The position numbers and the translations under genes were made by a program. From Raillietiella orientalis (taxonomy: Eukaryota): DNA of 64,000 nt. The stretch lies in the NCBI GenBank assembly GCA_036172245.1, contig JAYWIR010000056.1, positions 496,001 to 560,000 on the forward strand, written 5' to 3'. This document shows, in pieces, positions 61,343 through 64,000 of this stretch; positions within the stretch are counted from its first letter, which is position 1; each line of letters starts with the position of its first letter. A model generated the notes under the pieces. The model was not told where the DNA came from. It saw nothing but the letters and a program-made list of their open reading frames with translations, and did no database searches.

Positions 61343-64000
61343 ATTTGAAGAAACAATGATCAAATTCTAACGTGTTTTTAATTTGAACTTTTAGTACAAG
61401 CACTTGTACCATAGTCTTTATTCTATACCAACTGCCTGGAATTGTAAACTATAAACAAATAAATGCAAAGAAAATACTTGCATCTCCTCCCAACTTTCTT
61501 TTATCTTGCTTAAAAAAATTGCCTTTAAAAGAATTATTATATACAAACACGTACAAAAGTACACGTACCGCGACTGGTTAGAGAACCAAAATTGAAACAA
61601 ACATCGTAATAATTTCGTTTAATCCACAGATATCATACCTAGAACGTTCCGATGCAATTTTAACCATTTTGATTATGCAAAACCTGAATACATATATGCA
61701 AAATATATTGGAAAAACACTGTCCATTTACTTCAGTACTGACAAGTTCATCTTATGTACACACTATCAGTGCTAATGATCCTACTGCTTCCTTACAAAAA
61801 ACTTTAATTGTGTAAACTGCAAAATGGCTCCACAATAGGGAAACGTTCCGAATATGCATTCATGTGAAACAAAAACAAGAAACTGTAGTGATGCAGACAT
61901 CTGTTTAGATGTTTCACCACACATTATCAAAATCTCGGGCCATCATAAAACCCTCATTAAGAGTTAGAATTTTTTGCTTTTCTGAATGCTATGAGCTTTG
62001 CTATGAGCGCAAGGGAAATATTTTCAAAAAACAGAATACATAATAAATGAAGGGTCATCTTTATAACTACCACTTTCTTATTTGCTACTATGAAAAACTT
62101 CCTAAAAGACTGCCTCACTTGAAACAAGAGCCATTAACGGTGCCATCCCTTACATATCACTTATGGTAATTTCTTGATGGAGGCGGAGCTGCCAACGACT
62201 CTCTAATGCTAATAATGAGGCGTAGCACTGATTTCCTTGTAAACGGATATCAAGTTCCAGTTTCAAGATAAAATAGATGCACCGTCCACACATCGTAATT
62301 ATATGAAGGTTTATGCAGAATATAAACTAATCAATTCCTGTAGTCTCTAGAGATCTCTGTGAGATTCCCATCATAATCTGGAAAAAAATAACTGCCTGTA
62401 ACCTAGAATTCTTCAAATTAATCGAAAAATTCTGCTCTTTTTTTCCAGTAGGGATAGTCAAAATTTTTCCATATTTCCAGCTTTCTTCTAGTGATTCCCC
62501 GCACAGAAAAAGGATATGAATTTCACAAGAGCTCGCGGCATCCTTCCTGCTAGGAACGGATTTTCTCCCATTTTGTCAAAAATTGTGAAGCTCGAATAAC
62601 CGTGAAAATCCTTCTCTAGCATAATTCGCGGAAATGCCGAAGTCACTCAGTTTCATTTTTGATATATTGCCCTCCTAGGCATTTAAAATACTTTTCATAT
62701 AAAAAAATATACAAAAAATAAATTGCGTAAACAACATATAAGAAATTCATATCCTTTCCAACAAATGAAAACGCAAAAAATTGATGTCTCCTAAGCTCAA
62801 GCTAACATCAGCTCGTTTGCTATAATTTCCAATGCATAACAGCCAGTTTACATAGCCAAAATCACAAAGGTGTTCGGTAATATTCTAGAGAAACAGGCAT
62901 AAATAGTGGATGAGAACAGGCATCAACTAGCGCAACACAGAAAATCTCGAAACAACTCTTCATCTAGCATCAAGAAAATATATATAAGAACGTCTTCTCA
63001 GAAAGGACTTGTATCAATTCAACTTAATTCTTTCCTCTTATGGATGAATAAAAGCATAAAGTTGGATGAGCACTTATGCCCATCAGTTTTTCTGAATCAG
63101 TTCAATTTGTTTGTTGTTTCTATAGAAAATCAAACTGGATGGGCTTCGTCAAAGTCCAGACTTAATTAAAGCATTAATCGGAGACGTCACGAAAAATCAG
63201 AAATTGTTCTTCACATATTTTGCTTTCATATATTCATATATTTCATTTTCATTTCATGTATTCATTATTTACATGTTCTTCATACATTCACACACAATGT
63301 AAACTTGGAGTTAATCAGTTGCATTAGAACTTCAGTTCTAAGAATAGAAAAATATCAACACGAACTGAGGACTGCTTAGTACTTGAAAACGAATTTTTTT
63401 TTTCCAAATTTATAGGTAAGCTTTTGTGGAATTTTATCTATAATTCGTCGACGACGAATCATGTTTTGGAATTTTTCAGCAACTACCCTTTCAAGCCGAT
63501 TGCCGAGGCAAAGTGAGTCCCTCACCCCGAGCTCAGTCTTAGGATTAGGAGAGTGAAAACCTACGGATTGGATCCGGGATAAATCACAGTCCTCTAGGCT
63601 TTAAAGAAAGGGGCCATGATGTATAGCTACAGCTATCCAGCTGGATCTGACGGTATTCTTAAGCAGGTAGCACTGCGTGGAGAAAGGCTAAACGGTCACT
63701 TTAGAAACGCAACGTTTCCTTGAGCGATTCCAAGGCCACATGCTCATGAAAAGAAGTCCGGAATAGCAGTTTGAACGTAATTTCGGCCACCCTTGAGTTG
63801 CGTTGAGAGCAAACATAATCGAAGCTTCGAGTCGAAGCTTTGAATTCGAAGTGTCCATTAAGTTTTGGAACAGAGAGCAGAAGTCGCTGAAGCCGAGTCC
63901 TTAGAACTATCAATTCCTCCTACCTTGTCCTTAGTGTTTTCACTCTTAGAGTTGTAGCTTTCTATCTCAGCGAACGAGAATCCACATGCAACTTGCAGGA

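Noticed and set aside
63858..64000. Open minus-strand frame entering from the right edge (LQVACGFSFAEIES...CSKT-stop)
   Set aside because: Too short and lacking a recognisable motif, so it cannot be called a CDS from this window.

Overview
Eukaryotic genomic DNA, probably an arthropod (inferred from the Drosophila-like MICU1 N-terminus). Genes are intron-rich with many 40-51 nt introns, and the window runs from GC-rich on the left to AT-rich on the right. I reconstructed the genes by hand from GT-AG boundaries and reading phase: the 5' part of a divergent DNAH5/DNAH8-like axonemal outer-arm dynein heavy chain (minus, runs off the left edge), a complete CCDC65/DRC2 (plus), a MICU1 (minus, C-terminal end uncertain), an intronless DPY30-like gene (minus), a 4-exon membrane-anchored SRPBCC/START-like gene (minus) and a tentative orphan secreted-protein gene (minus). 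The main non-genic feature is a roughly 1 kb tRNA-headed SINE family with at least 7 copies. It has a doubled B-box head, an internal array of about 40-nt hairpin units and a 3' stem-loop with a poly(A) tail. Two copies have target-site duplications. Two copies 21 kb apart share 449 bp that look identical by eye, while their ends have diverged. Also present are an AT-rich MITE-like family, decayed LINE fragments, an isolated ankyrin fragment resembling endosymbiont proteins, and kinase-like remnants. All homology calls rest on recalled motifs, not on database searches.
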